The notes: a model not told the origin generated them from the sequence alone. 64,000 nucleotides of DNA from Phaeosaccion multiseriatum (GCA_965112735.1 OZ218957.1:1426001-1490000), one strand, 5' to 3'; positions 48,247 to 61,925 are shown, numbered from the stretch's first letter. A program made the numbers and translations.

Positions 48247-49985
48247 CAGTAGTAGCAGTAGTAGTAACGAAGCGGCACCAGCAATAGCAGTAGCGACAGC
48301 AGCAGCACCAACCTCACCATCCTCACCAACTGCACCACCACCACCACCAGCAGCAGAAGGATCCGGAGCCGGAGGAGGGCGAGGAGGAGGAGGAGGAGGA
48401 GGAGGAGGAGGAGGAGGAGGAGGAGGAGGAGGAGGAGGAGGACAACGAGAAGGAATAGAAGTGGCCGTAGAAGGGGGGGGGGTCGGAGTGGAAGGAGGAG
48501 TGGGACTCTCCGAGGCGTGGAGGACCCTGACGGAGGGTACCAGAGAGAGCCTGAAGATACTCGGCTCGGTGGTGCCAACCTCCTCTCGTCCCCTCTCCCC
48601 GTCGGCGCTGCTATACGGAGTGGTGACTGTCCATGGGGTGCTGGGGGCCCCGCTAGTGTTGCTTACCCCCGCACTCACCGTGTGTCGGACCATGCTGCTG
48701 CCGGCCATGTCGTTGGAGGTGCGTGTGTGTGTGTGTGTGCGTGTGGGTGTGTGCGTGCGTGCTGTGTGTGTGTGTGCGTGTGTGTATGTGGGCATTTGTC
48801 TGCTTGCGTGCGTTTGTTTTACGTATTACTTTATACCCGTGGATGGCAGTGGATGGCAGTGTTGGTTGGGGGAGGGGGTGGACGGTGGGTCAGAACAGAG
48901 AATTGGTTACGTAAGCTGTATCTTACGATGGCAGCCACCCCCCTTCTGCTCACCTAACCCCTCTCCTACCCTCCCGTCTCCTTCCCTATCCTCCCCTCTC
49001 CTCCCCTATTCTTCCCTCCCCAAATATGTCTCCACCCCTCCCCTCCCCTCCCCTCCCCTCCCCGCCCCTCCCCTCCTCTCCCCTCCCCTCTTCTTTCTAC
49101 TGCAGTCGTTCATTTACGCGTGGATCTCTATCAAGACGTATGGCGTTAACCTTCTCATGGAGGTAAGCAAGGAGGGAGGAGTGAATGCTGCCCACAGGCG
49201 GAACTGGGGATACGTAGCACTAAAGACAGGCACAAGATGTTCGGAATACGCACAGACGGTGTTCTATTGACTTACAAGATTCAACCTAAGAATTCGAAGT
49301 ACGCATGTATGTGTGTGTGAGAGAGAGTAAAGTCCACCAAGAGAGGCGAGTGAGACTGCCGACACTGTGAATATCACAGTCAGAGAGATCTGCAGAGAGA
49401 GAGAGAGAGAGTCACGCAGAGGGAGAAGGCCCGGTGGAGCAGTGAGCTCTCCGAGGGATGAGGAGCAGTTTGGGGTCGGTCCCGTGGCACTGTACCCACA
49501 CATCCATGCACGTACGCACGCACGCACGCACGCACGTAACCCACCTAACTACACAACGAACGCCCCTCAGTAACACAACGCGTAACGACACGTAATGACA
49601 CGTATCAACACGTAACGACATGTAACGACACAACCCTCTCGCCCTCTGCCATGTCTGTCCCTGTCCGGATGTCTCTGCTGCCCCTGTCTCTTGTCTCCCC
49701 AACGAAAGGGAGTGGTGGGCCTGACCCTGCTCGACGCTGCCAATCGCTCTCGCCTCAACGGCACCACCTTTCAACAACTGAACTTGGGGCTCGCATTATC
49801 GGCTTTTGCCCGGCTGGGCTGCCTCGTGCGGGCCCTCCATTCGGGAGAAGTGGTCGTGCGCAAGTTGGGTCTCTGCGCTGCCGGCCTGTGGGCTGCCGTC
49901 GGAGTGGGGGCCTACGCCAATTACGCGCTGGCCGTGCACCACAAGGCAAGACTCTCCATTGCAAACATGAAGCAAAGCCAAAGCA

Positions 49986-50020
<35 letters not shown>

Positions 50021-50053
50021 CGCAGTGACGGCAGCAGCGAGGAAGGCGCCTAA
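46995..50053 (+). CDS. Multi-exon, probably plastid-targeted membrane protein with an internal repeat
   Basis: Hydrophobic N-terminus followed by GG-FSS and an S/R-rich transit-like stretch; repeated motif AARKRNLSSDTYRRLNLGL / AANRSRLNGTTFQQLNLGL between hydrophobic helices; exon limits approximate. Confidence 0.65.
49570..49632. repeat. 10-bp minisatellite (CACGTAACGA)n
   Basis: About six degenerate units in an intron. Confidence 0.85.
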
Positions 50054-50294
50054 TGAGGTGGGCGACTGTGCTGCCCCTGGTGTTTGCTTTGGCGAAGCGA
50101 CGGCATATCGCAAGCAACACGAGAACGGAATCCCTTCTGCATGCCCTAACCACCTCCAAACACCGTGAGAGTCCTGTGCCCAATGAGGGATGTCGCAGAG
50201 GTGCATCCTGCTTTAGCTGGGCGACTAAGTGTTGTTGCCATCACCTAGTAATGTTCACCTTAATCAACGATTCAACATTCCGTGGTGTCAAACA

Positions 50295-51272
50295 TAGGGA
50301 CCAACCGCCGATTTCGCAGACGCAGCTGTTGCCCAGACGACCAACACGCCCACCAAGACTCACAGCAACCCCGACAGCATCACAGCGCAAATCGTCGCAA
50401 TACTGAGAGAGGAATGCGACGACGTACACCTCACAGCCACCACCCCACTCACCTCACACACCATCTACTCCTCTGACGACCAAAGCGCCAGCCCGCGCCG
50501 GTCGATGCATCAGCGCCATGTTTCCCAACCTCAACCTCACGGCGAAGGAGCTGATACACCACAACACCGCAGAGGTCATCGCCGACCTCGTACGACCACC
50601 CCCCACGCCAACTGAGGAAGGGACAGCCGCACAGACAGAAACAGACACGCACGGACACGCACCAACGACATGGACGAACACCATACGCCACACCCAGCAT
50701 CTCCTCCCTGTACATTCATGCCCCTACTCAGAGCGGCTCTAAGGAGCGGAGGCCCACCAACACCCCCGGAAGAGCACAGGGGGGAGGAGATTACCCCCAC
50801 GGATGGCAACAGATCGTAGAGGCTTATGCCCATACGCTTGCAGGCCAAGGGATCACCTCCAACGAGTTGGTCAATGACTACATCGCCACCTCACGACAAG
50901 AGGAACTCATCGCGGTATTACCCGACGTCCAAGTCGTCGTAGAGCGTCGCGGCCACGCCCTACGCGACCACACCAGCAAGAATACCACCTCCCCCTTCGC
51001 CAACACCATGGCCACAGCGTGGTGGGCACCCGGCCAAGCCCTCGCCCTACGCACACGACGGGCCCCCCGGGGAATTGCACCAGGACCACCAGCACGCCAC
51101 GCCTAAAGTGACGCCACCACACCCAGTCCACCAACGACGAAAGACGCCCCCAACGACCCCCGAGTGTAGCTACCGAAGGAATCAAAGCAACGTATACGTT
51201 CAAGGGGGCGTCCTCTGCAACTTCGGCGACTACCCGCCCCAACACTTTCGTCACGGTCGGCGCCACCAGAGA
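50295..51272 (+). mobile_element. Old, diverged fragment of the same retrotransposon (N-terminal region)
   Basis: Translates to NLTAKELIHHNTAEVIADLVRPPP, VNDYIATSRQEELIAVLPDVQ and GGVLCNFGD, matching copy 1 at 18900-17950, with frameshifts. Confidence 0.9.
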
Positions 51273-51906
51273 CGCCGCTGGACGGAGGAGGAGGGGGCGT
51301 CGACGACGAAGGCGAGGACAGAGGTGCTGCTGCTGCCGATGATGTTGTTGGCGGCGAGGAGGACAAACTGATGCCGTCATGAGAGAGAGGGAGAGAGAGA
51401 GCGGAGAACGGAGAGGGTCTGATGGGGGCCTTGAGAGAAGGTACCGTCGTGCGAAGGAAGGCATCGGTGGTTGGAGACGACTCCTTTATTTACGGGCGGA
51501 GGGCGCAGAGGGGCGAAGGGAGGGACCCCTCTATTGGTATCTGTCGCCTGCTCTCTCTCTCTCTCTGAGTAGCGGCGGTCATGCTCTCTCTCTTTGCGTG
51601 CGTATGTGGGTGTGTGGGACAGCCAGGCAGACCTCCTTGTCAGACGTACCTCCTCTTGTCTCTTCGCTCATCGCACATCGTGACCGCCTCTTACCTCTGC
51701 CCCCCCGAACCGTAGACTTGACCATACGCCACCACCCGAACCCACACCCTGTACATTTGTCCGTGGGGCCGGCGGCCCTCTCAATGTATGTATCTGATTG
51801 AGGACGCCGAGATGGGGAGATTCTAATCACAATAGACTACACTGAAACTGCGCATCCTATCGCCATGGCCTGCGTGAGAGGTGTGAGGTGTTTGCGTAAA
51901 TGATAC

Positions 51907-53910
51907 TCATTGGCTGCTTCCCTCCCGGCCCTTGGGGGTGGTCTGGCAAGGGCGCCTGTTCTGCGCGTGGATGGCATCGATCTTCTGCAGCACCTCCGGC
52001 TCCAGCTTGACGGAAAAGGCGTCAATGTTCTCCTTGAGCTGCTCTATGGAGGTGGCGCCGATGATGGTGGACGCCACGAAGGGATTGGTCGCCCCCGTCC
52101 ACGCCAAGGCAAGCTGCGCCGTGCTAATGCCCAGCTCCGCCGCTAGCTCCGCGTACTGGATGCAGGCTTCCGTGGACGCTTCATTGTGGTAGCGAGCCTG
52201 GAAATTGGGGTAAACGTCGTGGCGCCCTCTCTTCCCTTCGCCGACCTTCTTTCCAGAGGAAGGGAGGTACTTGCCGCTCAAGAAGCCCCCTGCCAGCGGC
52301 CCGTACGCGAGGAGGCCGAGGTTGCAGTGATGCGCGGAGCAGGCCTCTGCGGTGCCCGTGTCCTCGAAGGTGCGCTGCAACAGGCTGTAGTCGTTCTGGA
52401 TGGACACGGGGGGCGGCACACCGAGCCGCTTGGCTGCCTCCGACATCATGGCCACCCCGTAGGCGTTCTCGTTAGACACGCCCCATGCCTTGATCTTGCC
52501 CTGCGCATGAAGCTCTCCCATGGCAGCCACCTGCTCGTCGAAGGATGTCATGCCCTCTCGCTCTTGGGCGTGAGAGTAAGAGGGCTGCAACAAGAAGAGA
52601 GAGAAGATCAAGGGGGAAGGGCACGGAAAGGAAAGGAGTGAGGGAAGAAATGGCCGGCAATGAGATGGAGTGGCAATGCTTCAGCAGAGCGTTGTGACCC
52701 GCACATAGGCACGCACCTCGTCGAACAGGTTGGTGTACCGGGCGGGCCAATGAATCTGATAGAGGTCAATGTAGTCCGTCTGGAGCCGCTGCAGACTCCC
52801 TTCGCACGCGCTCAGAATGGCCCGCCGATCGGTCGTCTCCACCTCCGGCCGGTTGGTGGCGTCGAAGCCGGGGCGGCGCTCGTAGCAATAGGCGCGGCCC
52901 CCGCTGTAACCGATCACCTTCGTCGCTATTGTTACCGAAGACCTATCCTGATGGGGTGGAGCAGCAGCGGTGTTGGGGATCGAGAGAGACAAGGTGTGTT
53001 AAGTTGTATACATGAAGAGTAGGGGGCCAGCGAGAGGTGTTTTCGGAGGCGCTACGGCTCGCACTTGCCTGCTTTGCCAACCATCGCCCGATGAAGTCTT
53101 CCGTATGTCCCTGGGTCTCTTGCCGCGGCGGCACTACACGTAATGTCGAAAGGGGACAAGGGGAAGGACACCCAGCGTTTGTCAAGGCGGCAAGGCTCAC
53201 TTCCAAATAGGCCATAAAGGGTTGCACCCACCGGGATAAATCTCTGCGGCGTCTACAAAGTTGAGCCCCCTCTCCATGGCGTAGTCGAGCTGCTCCACCG
53301 CCTGTGGGATTGGAGAGAGTCCGTAGCCCCGAGAGGGGCCATGCAAGGGAGAAAGGGAGGGAGGGATGAAAGGGGTACGGACGAGGAGCGGCCTGTGGTA
53401 TTCGCTGTTCAAAGCACAAGACAAGTAACGTCCACCGTCGCCTCACCTCCTCCTCTGAGTTCTGCTCCCCCCAGGTCATCGTCCCCAGGCATGCCTCCGG
53501 GACCACGAGATCGCTGCTCCCTAGTGGGCTTGTGCGCAGCGCTCCTCCTGCGTGCCTGATGGCGATGGCGTGCGTAGGGAGGGAGGGAGGGAGGAGAGAG
53601 GGAGTGAGTCAGAAGAGGATCTTGGCACAGGAAAGTGCAGATCTGCTGTTGCTAGTGAGGGAGGCACGACGCTGCATGACAGATAGAGAATCACTACCGT
53701 GAATGTGGAATATGTATTCAGAGGTGGCAAGGAGGGCCGCGGAGGGAAGAGGGGCCCAAGTACACACATGGCTGTGGATCGGCGTGGGGAGGATCCCAGT
53801 CCATGGCGTCCATGGCGGTGGAGAGGACCGCAGAAGCCCAGCGCAGTAGGCAAGGCACACCAGTACAGGCACCACGCCAGTAGCGCACCGATCCAAGGAC
53901 CCGAGGCCAT
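51907..53910 (-). CDS. Aldo/keto reductase, Tas-like, with bipartite plastid presequence; multi-exon
   Basis: [15 protein letters not shown]; [10 protein letters not shown]; IATKV; [18 protein letters not shown]; GVSNEN; SIQNDYSLL; [16 protein letters not shown]; [16 protein letters not shown]; signal peptide ending ALG-FCG. Confidence 0.92.
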
Positions 53911-54428
53911 GAGAAGGAGGGATAATCGAGAGAGGAAGGGGGGAAATTACTATAAGACAGGATGGTACTCTACGGACCGAAACGCCATATTTTTTTCCCC
54001 CCTTTCCCCCCCGCTCTATGTTTTACTTATGCCCCGCCAAGAGCGGCATCCCCACAAAGAGGCAGCCTTGCTGGGTCAGACCCGTTCCACTTAATTCACT
54101 CTTGCTCAGTCAAAAGTACTCAGGGTGTTGGTGCAACGAGTCGCAGTCGCAGCTGTCGCCCCCCTGTGAGGGCACGGGTTGCACCCTGCTGGGCAGATCG
54201 AGTAGCCACTGCCCAACGCTCTGTCTCACGCTCTGGAGCCTCGCTCCACCTGCTTCGAGAAGCAGTCCCGCCGCCCCTCCTCCTCCTGCGCTTCCTTCCT
54301 CCACAAAGCCTGTGTGCGCTGCGGCCATGACCATGTGCTCTAGACCCGAGGCCGGCCTCTGCTGCAAAGGGGAGGACGAGGAGGAGGAAAGAAGGGGAGG
54401 AAGGGAGGGGAGGAGGGAGTTTTGTGGA

Positions 54429-54779
54429 GAGGAGGAGGAGGAGGAGGAAGAGGAAGAGGAGGAGGAGGAGGAGGAGGAGGAGGAGGAGGAGGAGGAGGAG
54501 GAGGAGGAGGAGGAGGAGGAGGAGGAGGAGGAGGAGGAGGAGGAGGAGGAGGAGGAGGAGGAGGAGGAGGAGGAGGAGGAGGAGGAGGAGGAGGAGGAGG
54601 AGGAGGAGGAGGAGGAGGAGGAGGAGGAGGAGGAGGAGGAGGAGGAGGAGGAGGAGGAGGAGGAGGAGGAGGAGGAGGAGGAGGAGGAGGAGGAGGAGGA
54701 GGAGGAGGAGGAGGAGGAGGAGGAGGAGGAGGAGGAGGAGGAGGAGGAGGAGGAGGAGGAGGAGGAGGAGGAGGAGGAG
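54429..54779. repeat. (GAG)n microsatellite, ~350 bp
   Basis: Nearly pure trinucleotide run. Confidence 0.98.
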
Positions 54780-56359
54780 CACTACTGGTACCTGGTACTG
54801 CTTGTTGCGCTGTGCTATGTATGTGCTGAGACGAGGTGATGGTGTGTATTGTGCGATGTGGCGGCTCTGGCGGCTTTCACACACAGCTTGTCCTTGACTC
54901 TCTTCCCCTGTCTCTCCCTCTCCCTCTCCCTCTCTCGCCTCCCCTCACCCCCCCTCTCTCTTTCGCTATCGCTGTCCCGCCTCCTCTCTTCCCTTCCCCA
55001 CTCTCTCTCTCTCGCTCTCTATCCCCCTCTCTATTTCTCCCTCTGCTAGGAGTGGCTTGATGACAACGACACTTCGCCCCTAACGAACCAGAGGCTGCCC
55101 GGGAATGTCCTCGTACCCAACAACGCGATTAGGAGGCGCATTCAGGCCATGCGGGAGCTGCAATCGAACTCTTAGGCTGTACTCGTATGCGGAGCGAGGA
55201 GAGGCAGGACCGTCAGTCAGTGACCAGAGCAGCGTCCAAAGGGTGACAGTAGCAATCTTAAGCGGAGTGAGGATGGGCTTCTTCAGTGGCCACAGCAGCA
55301 TCCAAAGTATGCAGCAAGCGGCGGGTTGTGCGGGCGGCCGTGGCCCTCGTCACGTCAAGATCACGGAGGGCGCATGTACTTGGTAGTAGTATGACTTACG
55401 TAACAATCGATACTCACACAACACATTGCACCTTGGACACGGTACCAATGCGCTGCCCCAGCCACAAGCCCGCCCCCCCCCCGAGCTGCTCAATGGGATT
55501 CTCCGTCATTGCGGGGACCCTATGGATGACACATGCAAGCCGGCTTGCGTTTTGAGGTGTCCCTTGCATCAAACGCAAACTGGACGCGCAAACCCTTGCC
55601 CCTCCATAGAGATGACCACATCGCAATGACTCAGGTGGTGACCAAGGGCCAAGGGCCAAGCGTCGTTGGTCAGGGCTGGGGTGATAAGGTGATGAGGGTT
55701 GACTGTTGCTGGCTCTACGAAACGGCTCTGCGTATCCTCAACCCTCCGATCCGATGATCAAGAACAGCCGCTGTCAGCCCCTATCAGCCCCTACTATCAG
55801 GCCACACATGTACACGCCATTGCTCGGCGACGCGCAGACATGTACCGTGCACACCAGCACAGCTCACGCACCCTCTCGTTGACTTCGTCTCCTGTTGGCG
55901 AATAGGCTGGACTGGGGAGGGGCTGACCACTCGAAGGATGAAGTGATGGGCGCCCTTGACATAGGAGGGGGCGGCACGATGCTCACCATACGCACAATAC
56001 GCTCCTTGCCCTCCCTGTGGGCACTGCCGGGGGCTCAGCAAGGGCAGCACACGCATTGTGCCACTACCGAGGGAATGTGGGGGCATCTTGCCGCCGCTTT
56101 GCCGCCGCTTTGCTCCCCCTGCGGTGCTGTTGTTGCTGCAAGACCAACTCCTTGCTGCTGCTGCTGCTGCTGCTGTATCACCAACTGCTGCTGCTGCTGC
56201 TGCTGCTGTATCACCAACTGCTGCTGCTCCGTCCTTCATGGTGACAAGACACAGAGAGAGAAGGGGTCTTTCGCTTGTCTGCGCAGCCTGCTCCCTTATC
56301 AGACACCGCCTGGAGTAGATTCCAGTGCTCTCTAATCGATCCTATAGTTTCATATATCG

Positions 56360-56487
56360 TCGACGCTGGACCAAGGTTATCTGATTACTGATTATGGCGC
56401 CAGCCGGGCCTGATTACTGATTATATGCGCCAGCCGGCCTGATTACTGATCATGGCCGGCGCACACTGTAACCTTGTCCAGGGTCGA
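56360..56487. mobile_element. Second, shorter MITE-like copy in opposite orientation
   Basis: CTGGACCAAGGTTA (56366-56379) and TAACCTTGTCCAG (56469-56481) enclose three CTGATTACTGAT(T/C)AT units. Confidence 0.7.
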
Positions 56488-56490
56488 ATA

Positions 56491-57781
56491 TCGGGGAGTC
56501 GCATGATGTGGGCGAGGGTCGTCCCGTTGATGCGGTCTGCCCTGCTGCCCAGGGCGCGCCTGAAGTTGTTGGAGGCTATGGGTTTCGCTAGGTGGGTTAG
56601 CCTGGCTGGGAGGCATTGCGTGAGCATGAGGGTGGCCGCTTGGGTGTTGTTCCATTCGCTGCAGTAGTACAACACGCAAGGAGCCACCCTCATGCTTACG
56701 CAATGCCTCCCAGCAAGGCTCACACACCCAGCGACAGCGATGGACCCAACCATCTTCAGACGCGCCCTGGGCAGCAGGGCAGACCGCGTCAACAGGACGA
56801 CCCTCGCCCACATCATGCGGCTCCGAGACACACCCACTCTCGAACGGGCCGCAGACGAACAAGAGGAGCCCTAGACGCCCCCACAACGCCTTCGAATCCA
56901 CACGGCAAGGCGCCATGGACGCCTCGGCCTCACCAGCCTCGACGCCATCGCCCCCCCCAAGCGGCACACCTCGGCAACAAAATGCTGACCATCCCGCCCA
57001 TACTCTGTCGCATCGCACGCCCAGGAGGGCCCCACGAACACGTCCTACCGGAGCAGATGTTTGACGACGGCGTACTCAAGAGCGTCGCAGACAGTATAAA
57101 CCTCCTAATGCGGGGAGGGGATCCCCGACGCCCCCCTCATCCAAGCGGTAGGGCAAGACCACTTCGACGAAGCACGCTCACGTGTACTGGACTCGCCCGA
57201 CCAATACGCCCAATGCACAGCGAGACGTACCATCCACAGGCCACGTCAGGGGGGCTGCCCATCGACCCGTGGAGTACAAAAGGCCCTCACCACCCACATC
57301 CAAAAACGCCGCCAGCAGGAGCTGGTGCAGAGCACGGCCACTATCGAGGTCACAACCGCAGAGGCACAGAGGGGAGAGGAGACGCACCAATGGCAGCAGC
57401 CCGCCTTCCCTCCCAGCGAGGGGGCGCCGTGGCCTTCCTTGTAGCACTCCCCCACGGCCCCAATACAATGGCCCCAGCAGAATGGACCATGCCCCTGCGT
57501 CGCAACAATGGCATCACCACCGCAATACGCAGACCCGCCCCCACCCTGCCTCGGCACAGGCTGCACCCGTACGGCAAGCACCAGCCATGCCATCATCTGC
57601 AAGCACCAGCCATGCCATCATCTGCTCGCGCACCGAGCTCCACAATCATACCCACCACCTCCTCGTCAAGGCCTTCGGGAGGATGATGCACAGCGTGGGC
57701 ATCGGCGGAGCGAGAGTGGAGGACCAGACCTGCTTCGACGGCCCCACCGGTACCAGAGCGGGACGAGACCTCAGGATGGAT
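56491..57781 (+). mobile_element. Diverged retrotransposon fragment (post-RT to RLE) with a fold-back inversion at its 5' side
   Basis: 56670-57781 encodes QCLPARLTH...FRRALGSRADR...HHLLVKAFGRMMHSVGIGG...GRDLRMD; 56491-56665 is the same region on the minus strand. Confidence 0.9.
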
Positions 57782-58064
57782 ATGGCAGTAGACGGCAGTG
57801 GATGGAAGGGATGGAGAGAGGGGGGGAGGTGGGCGGAGGGAGGGAGGACGGCGAAGGAAGCCTCTCCTTGCCCCTTCCATCCTGGACCGCCCCTCCATTC
57901 GGTGCTGCTATATCACCCGCTCCCCCTCTCCCCCTCTCCCTCCTCTTCCCCTTCCTCCCCCTCAGCCCCCTTTTCCGTTCCCCTCCTCCTCCTCCTCCTC
58001 CTCCTCCTCCTCCTCCTCCTCCTCCTCCTCCTCCTCCTCCTCCTCCTCCTCCTCCTCACCCCTC

Positions 58065-58250
58065 ACCCTCCCCCTCAAGGCTGCTATGGTCTCAGCCGCC
58101 CTCTCTATCTGCCGTCCCCTCCCCCCCGCCTCTGCCCTGCTCTCCAGCAAGGCCCTTCGCAGGTCTCTAACCTCCTCCAAGTGAAGCAATGCCTCTTCCT
58201 GCCTGCGCTGCTCAGAGGCGTAGGACAGCATGCTGTCCAAGGAGAGCACC

Positions 58251-58297
<47 letters not shown>

Positions 58298-59462
58298 CGC
58301 GTGTGTGTGTGTGCGTGCGTGTATGTGCGTGTGTGCGTGTATGTGCGTGTGTGTGCGTGTGTGTTGCGTGTGCACAGGGTGGTTTCATTCGTGGGTTGTG
58401 TCAAGTTGTTGCCAGCTGTTGCCAGGGACCGGGGTCGTCCACTGCCATCCACCCCTGCCTACTTCCCTCTACCCCCTCTCCCCTCACCCTCTTTGCCCCA
58501 CCTCACCGCCCGCCCCCCCCATCCACTGCCATCAACCTTACCTCCTCCGCCTGCATGGCGGCCCTGCCCCTCGCCTCCCGCACGGCCTCCTCCGCACTCC
58601 GCTCAACCTCTTCCCTCTCCCTCCGGCACAGCGCAAGCAGGCTCCTCCTCGCCTCCCTGCCCGTGTCAGAGAGGAAGAAAAAAGAAAGACGGATCATGAC
58701 GGTTACATCATGGCTACAGCACCAGGGGAGGCAATATACCTATAGATCAACCCATAGTACTACAACTACAACTGGCTTTCCAAGACAAGTGACTCTGTCT
58801 CTCTCTCTGACTCATCACACCTGCCCGTGGTGATACTCCTCTCGGCGCTCTGCAGCTTCTCGCGCAGGATGGCGGTGCTGTGCCTTGACGCAGCAAGGGC
58901 CTGAGAGGGAAGGAGGGAGAGGGGGGGGGGGGAGTAGTGTGTGGAAGGTAGTATGGTGTGAGAGGGTGAGGGGAGAGGGTAGGATTAAGGCAAAGCACGG
59001 TGGCGTGAGAACGTGTGGTGTCCTCTGCGCTCTGTGCTGCTCTGCCCATATGCCTACCCACATGCCCCTGCCCATATGCCTGCCCATATGCCTCTGCCCA
59101 TATGCCTATACGCAGCCCATATGCCTCTGCCCATATGCCTATACGCAGCCCATATGCCTCTGCCCATATGCCTATACGCAGCCCATATGCCTCTGCCCAT
59201 ATGCCTCTGCCCATATGCCTATGCCTACATGCCTTAAACCCCTCCCCTCCCACCGCACCTCCTCTGCTGCCTGGAGGTCTTCAACGCGACTGTCTACATC
59301 GGCCTGGCACACACGGAGGCCCTCCTCCATGGCGTCTGCTCGCTCCCGCTCTGTAGAGGGATGGATGGCAGAGGATGGAAGGGGATGGGGAGGGATGGCA
59401 GCGGATGGAGGGGATGGGATTGCTGATGATTACAACCAAACAACAACAACAACAACAACAAT

Positions 59463-59512
<50 letters not shown>

Positions 59513-61925
59513 CCAACCAACAAACAACCAACAAAAATAACTAACACCCAATAACCACAACTGTCCCCTCCCCCCTACCCCACTCGCTCCACTTGCCTGC
59601 CTCGAGCTCCCGAGTGAGGCTCTGTATCTGCCTCCGTCCGTCCCTGACTCTTGCCTCGCAGTCCCTGAGTCTGGCCTCCGCCCCTCCCGCCCTCTCCTCC
59701 ATCAAACTCGCCTCCCTCTTCGCCGCTCGAAGGGCCACGTCCTGTACGAAAAGACCCTTCCCGTTGAGTCCCTCCACTTGTTTCAAGGGCACTGACACTG
59801 ACACTGGCGGTGGTGATGGTGGTGGTGCGGGTGTTGGTGGTGCGCCGTCGTCGTCGTCGTCGTCGTCGCCGTCTCCAGCGTTCGCCACGTATTTGCTTGC
59901 CCTTGCCTTTGCCCCTGCCCTTGCCGGCGCCTCTGCAGCATCCAACGCAGTCCCTTCCCCACTTTCATTGTAGACATCAACATCGATATCAATTTCACTG
60001 CCATGGTCGGCACCGGGCATGACGTGAAGTGGGGGGGTTGCTCTCAGCGCTCCCTCCACCTCCCCCTTCCCCTCGCCCTTCCCCTCGAGCCTTAGTGGCA
60101 CGAGTGTGTCTATGAGTGTGTCAAGCTGTGTGGCGAGGGCGTACTGCCCGTCGAGAGCCTCTACGAGTTGCGCGTGCTTGCCCTCACACTTGGCAGTCTC
60201 GGCAGCCAATTGCACTTCGAGCTCGTTCACCTGTGGGTGATAGAAGCAGCAGTTGGTGATGCAGCAGTTAGTAATACAACAGCAGCAGTAGTCCGCAACC
60301 CAATCCCCCAACCCACCTAGCCACTCACCCACCCACTCACCCACCCACCCACCCACACCGCATCCATACCTCACCTTCTTCTCCAGGTCTCTGCCTCTTG
60401 CCCGTGCGTCCCTTACTGCCTGCTCCTCTGCCCTCAGCCGCTGCTCGAGCCCCCCCGCCCTTCTCCTAAACTCCTCGGCTTCTCTTCGCGCCTCCCGCCC
60501 CTCCCTGCCTGCTGCATCCACTGCCATCTGAAACCCCCCCCGCTCCCTGCCCGCCGCATCCAGTGCCATCTGAAGGCGCTGGCTCCGGGCGCACCAATGA
60601 GAGGCTTCGAGTCTGCTTGTGCGCAGCTGTGCCGTCAAGGCTTCGAGTCCTGTATCACCAACTGCTTCGTTTGGTTGTGGTTCAGGCCCCAGCGGGTACG
60701 GGACGGGTTCACGCGGCGCGCAAGGAGAGGGTGCGGCTGACAGCAGCTTCAGCGGGGGAGAGGCTCTTCCTCCTCCTTCCTCTTCGTCTTCTTCTTCGCC
60801 CGCTTCCCCCGCTGCTTCTCGCGCTCCTGCCCCTCGATCCCTCGACACAGCAGAAGAGGAATCAGCCGCCGCTGCCGACGGATGGCCTAAGCCAACGCCA
60901 AAGCCAATACCGAAGCCCAAATCACCCTCTTTGGTACCCGCACAAGCAGCAGTAGCACCAGCAGCACCAGCAGCACCAGCCGACGGCAGCGATGGCGGCG
61001 GCGAAAGGGACGAAGGGGGCCCGGAAGAAGCAGAGGAGGAGAACAAGTCTCCCCCCCCTGGCGCTAGTCTCGGTACAGGGGGTGGTGCCTGCACGGCTAA
61101 GGAGCTCCGGAGCTGATTGGCCAAAGAAAAGAGTGACAGCGATGAAGACGGGGGGGCGGAGGAGGAGGAGGAGGAGGCCTGGTGGCCGACAACCCGTCGG
61201 GGGTTGTCCCCTTCTCCGGTGGTGCCCCCGGTGGTGCGCCGCGCGCTCCCGTCTACTCCTGCCGCCGCTGTTCCCGCTACATGCCCTCCTCCTACTGCGC
61301 CTCCTACTACTGCTGCTGATAGTGGGGTAGTGAGAGAGTAGGCAGAAGAGAGGTCGGCAGCGTACTTGTCCTCCAGGCCTCGCAACAGGCTGTCCTCCCT
61401 CCCTGCATACTTGAGCAGGATAGAGTCGATGGAGGCCAGTTTGTCGGGGTTGTATCTCTCATAGAACGCGGTCAGTACCTCGCGTAGATTGCGACCTTCC
61501 GCCGCCCCCCCCCTCCCGCCGTTGTTGCTGCTGGTACTGTTGCCACTGCTACTTGGGAGGGCACCGGCAGAGGCTCTGTGGACTCTGCTCCTGCTGTTCT
61601 TGGCGCTGCTGCTGCTCCTGCTGCTGTTGTTACTGTTACTACCATCAGGCCCGTCTTTGGTGGCGGTCGCAGCAGCTGCCTCTCCGTTCTCGGCAGTCGA
61701 GCCGGATGTCTGAGACGTCTCGGCCTGGTCGTCATCAGCAGCATCAGGTGATGCTATGTCGTCGTCCCCCTCCTCCCCCGCAGCAGACGCAGGGACAGTG
61801 GGAGGGATCCCAAGGTGGGGTGAGTGGCTTGTGTCACGCTTCTCGCTGGTGTTGACGGTGTCCTCGGCCTTATCTTCTCTGTCCTCCTCCTTGCCTCCTC
61901 GATCTGTTGCCACCGGAGGATCCAT
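58065..61925 (-). CDS. Multi-exon coiled-coil protein with a 'FYERYNPDKL...KYAGRE...LEDKY' domain; 3' end uncertain
   Basis: 794-aa ORF 59541..61925 plus coiled-coil exons near 59350-59257, 58890-58820, 58666-58540 and 58250-58065. Confidence 0.65.
59042..59232. repeat. GCCCATATGCCT-based intronic minisatellite
   Basis: Alternating 14-bp and 19-bp units forming a 33-bp higher-order repeat. Confidence 0.9.

Noticed and set aside
54018-54897. Poly-E/G/R/L ORFs, also the (ER)n ORF at 11815..12285
   Set aside because: These are open frames created by microsatellites.
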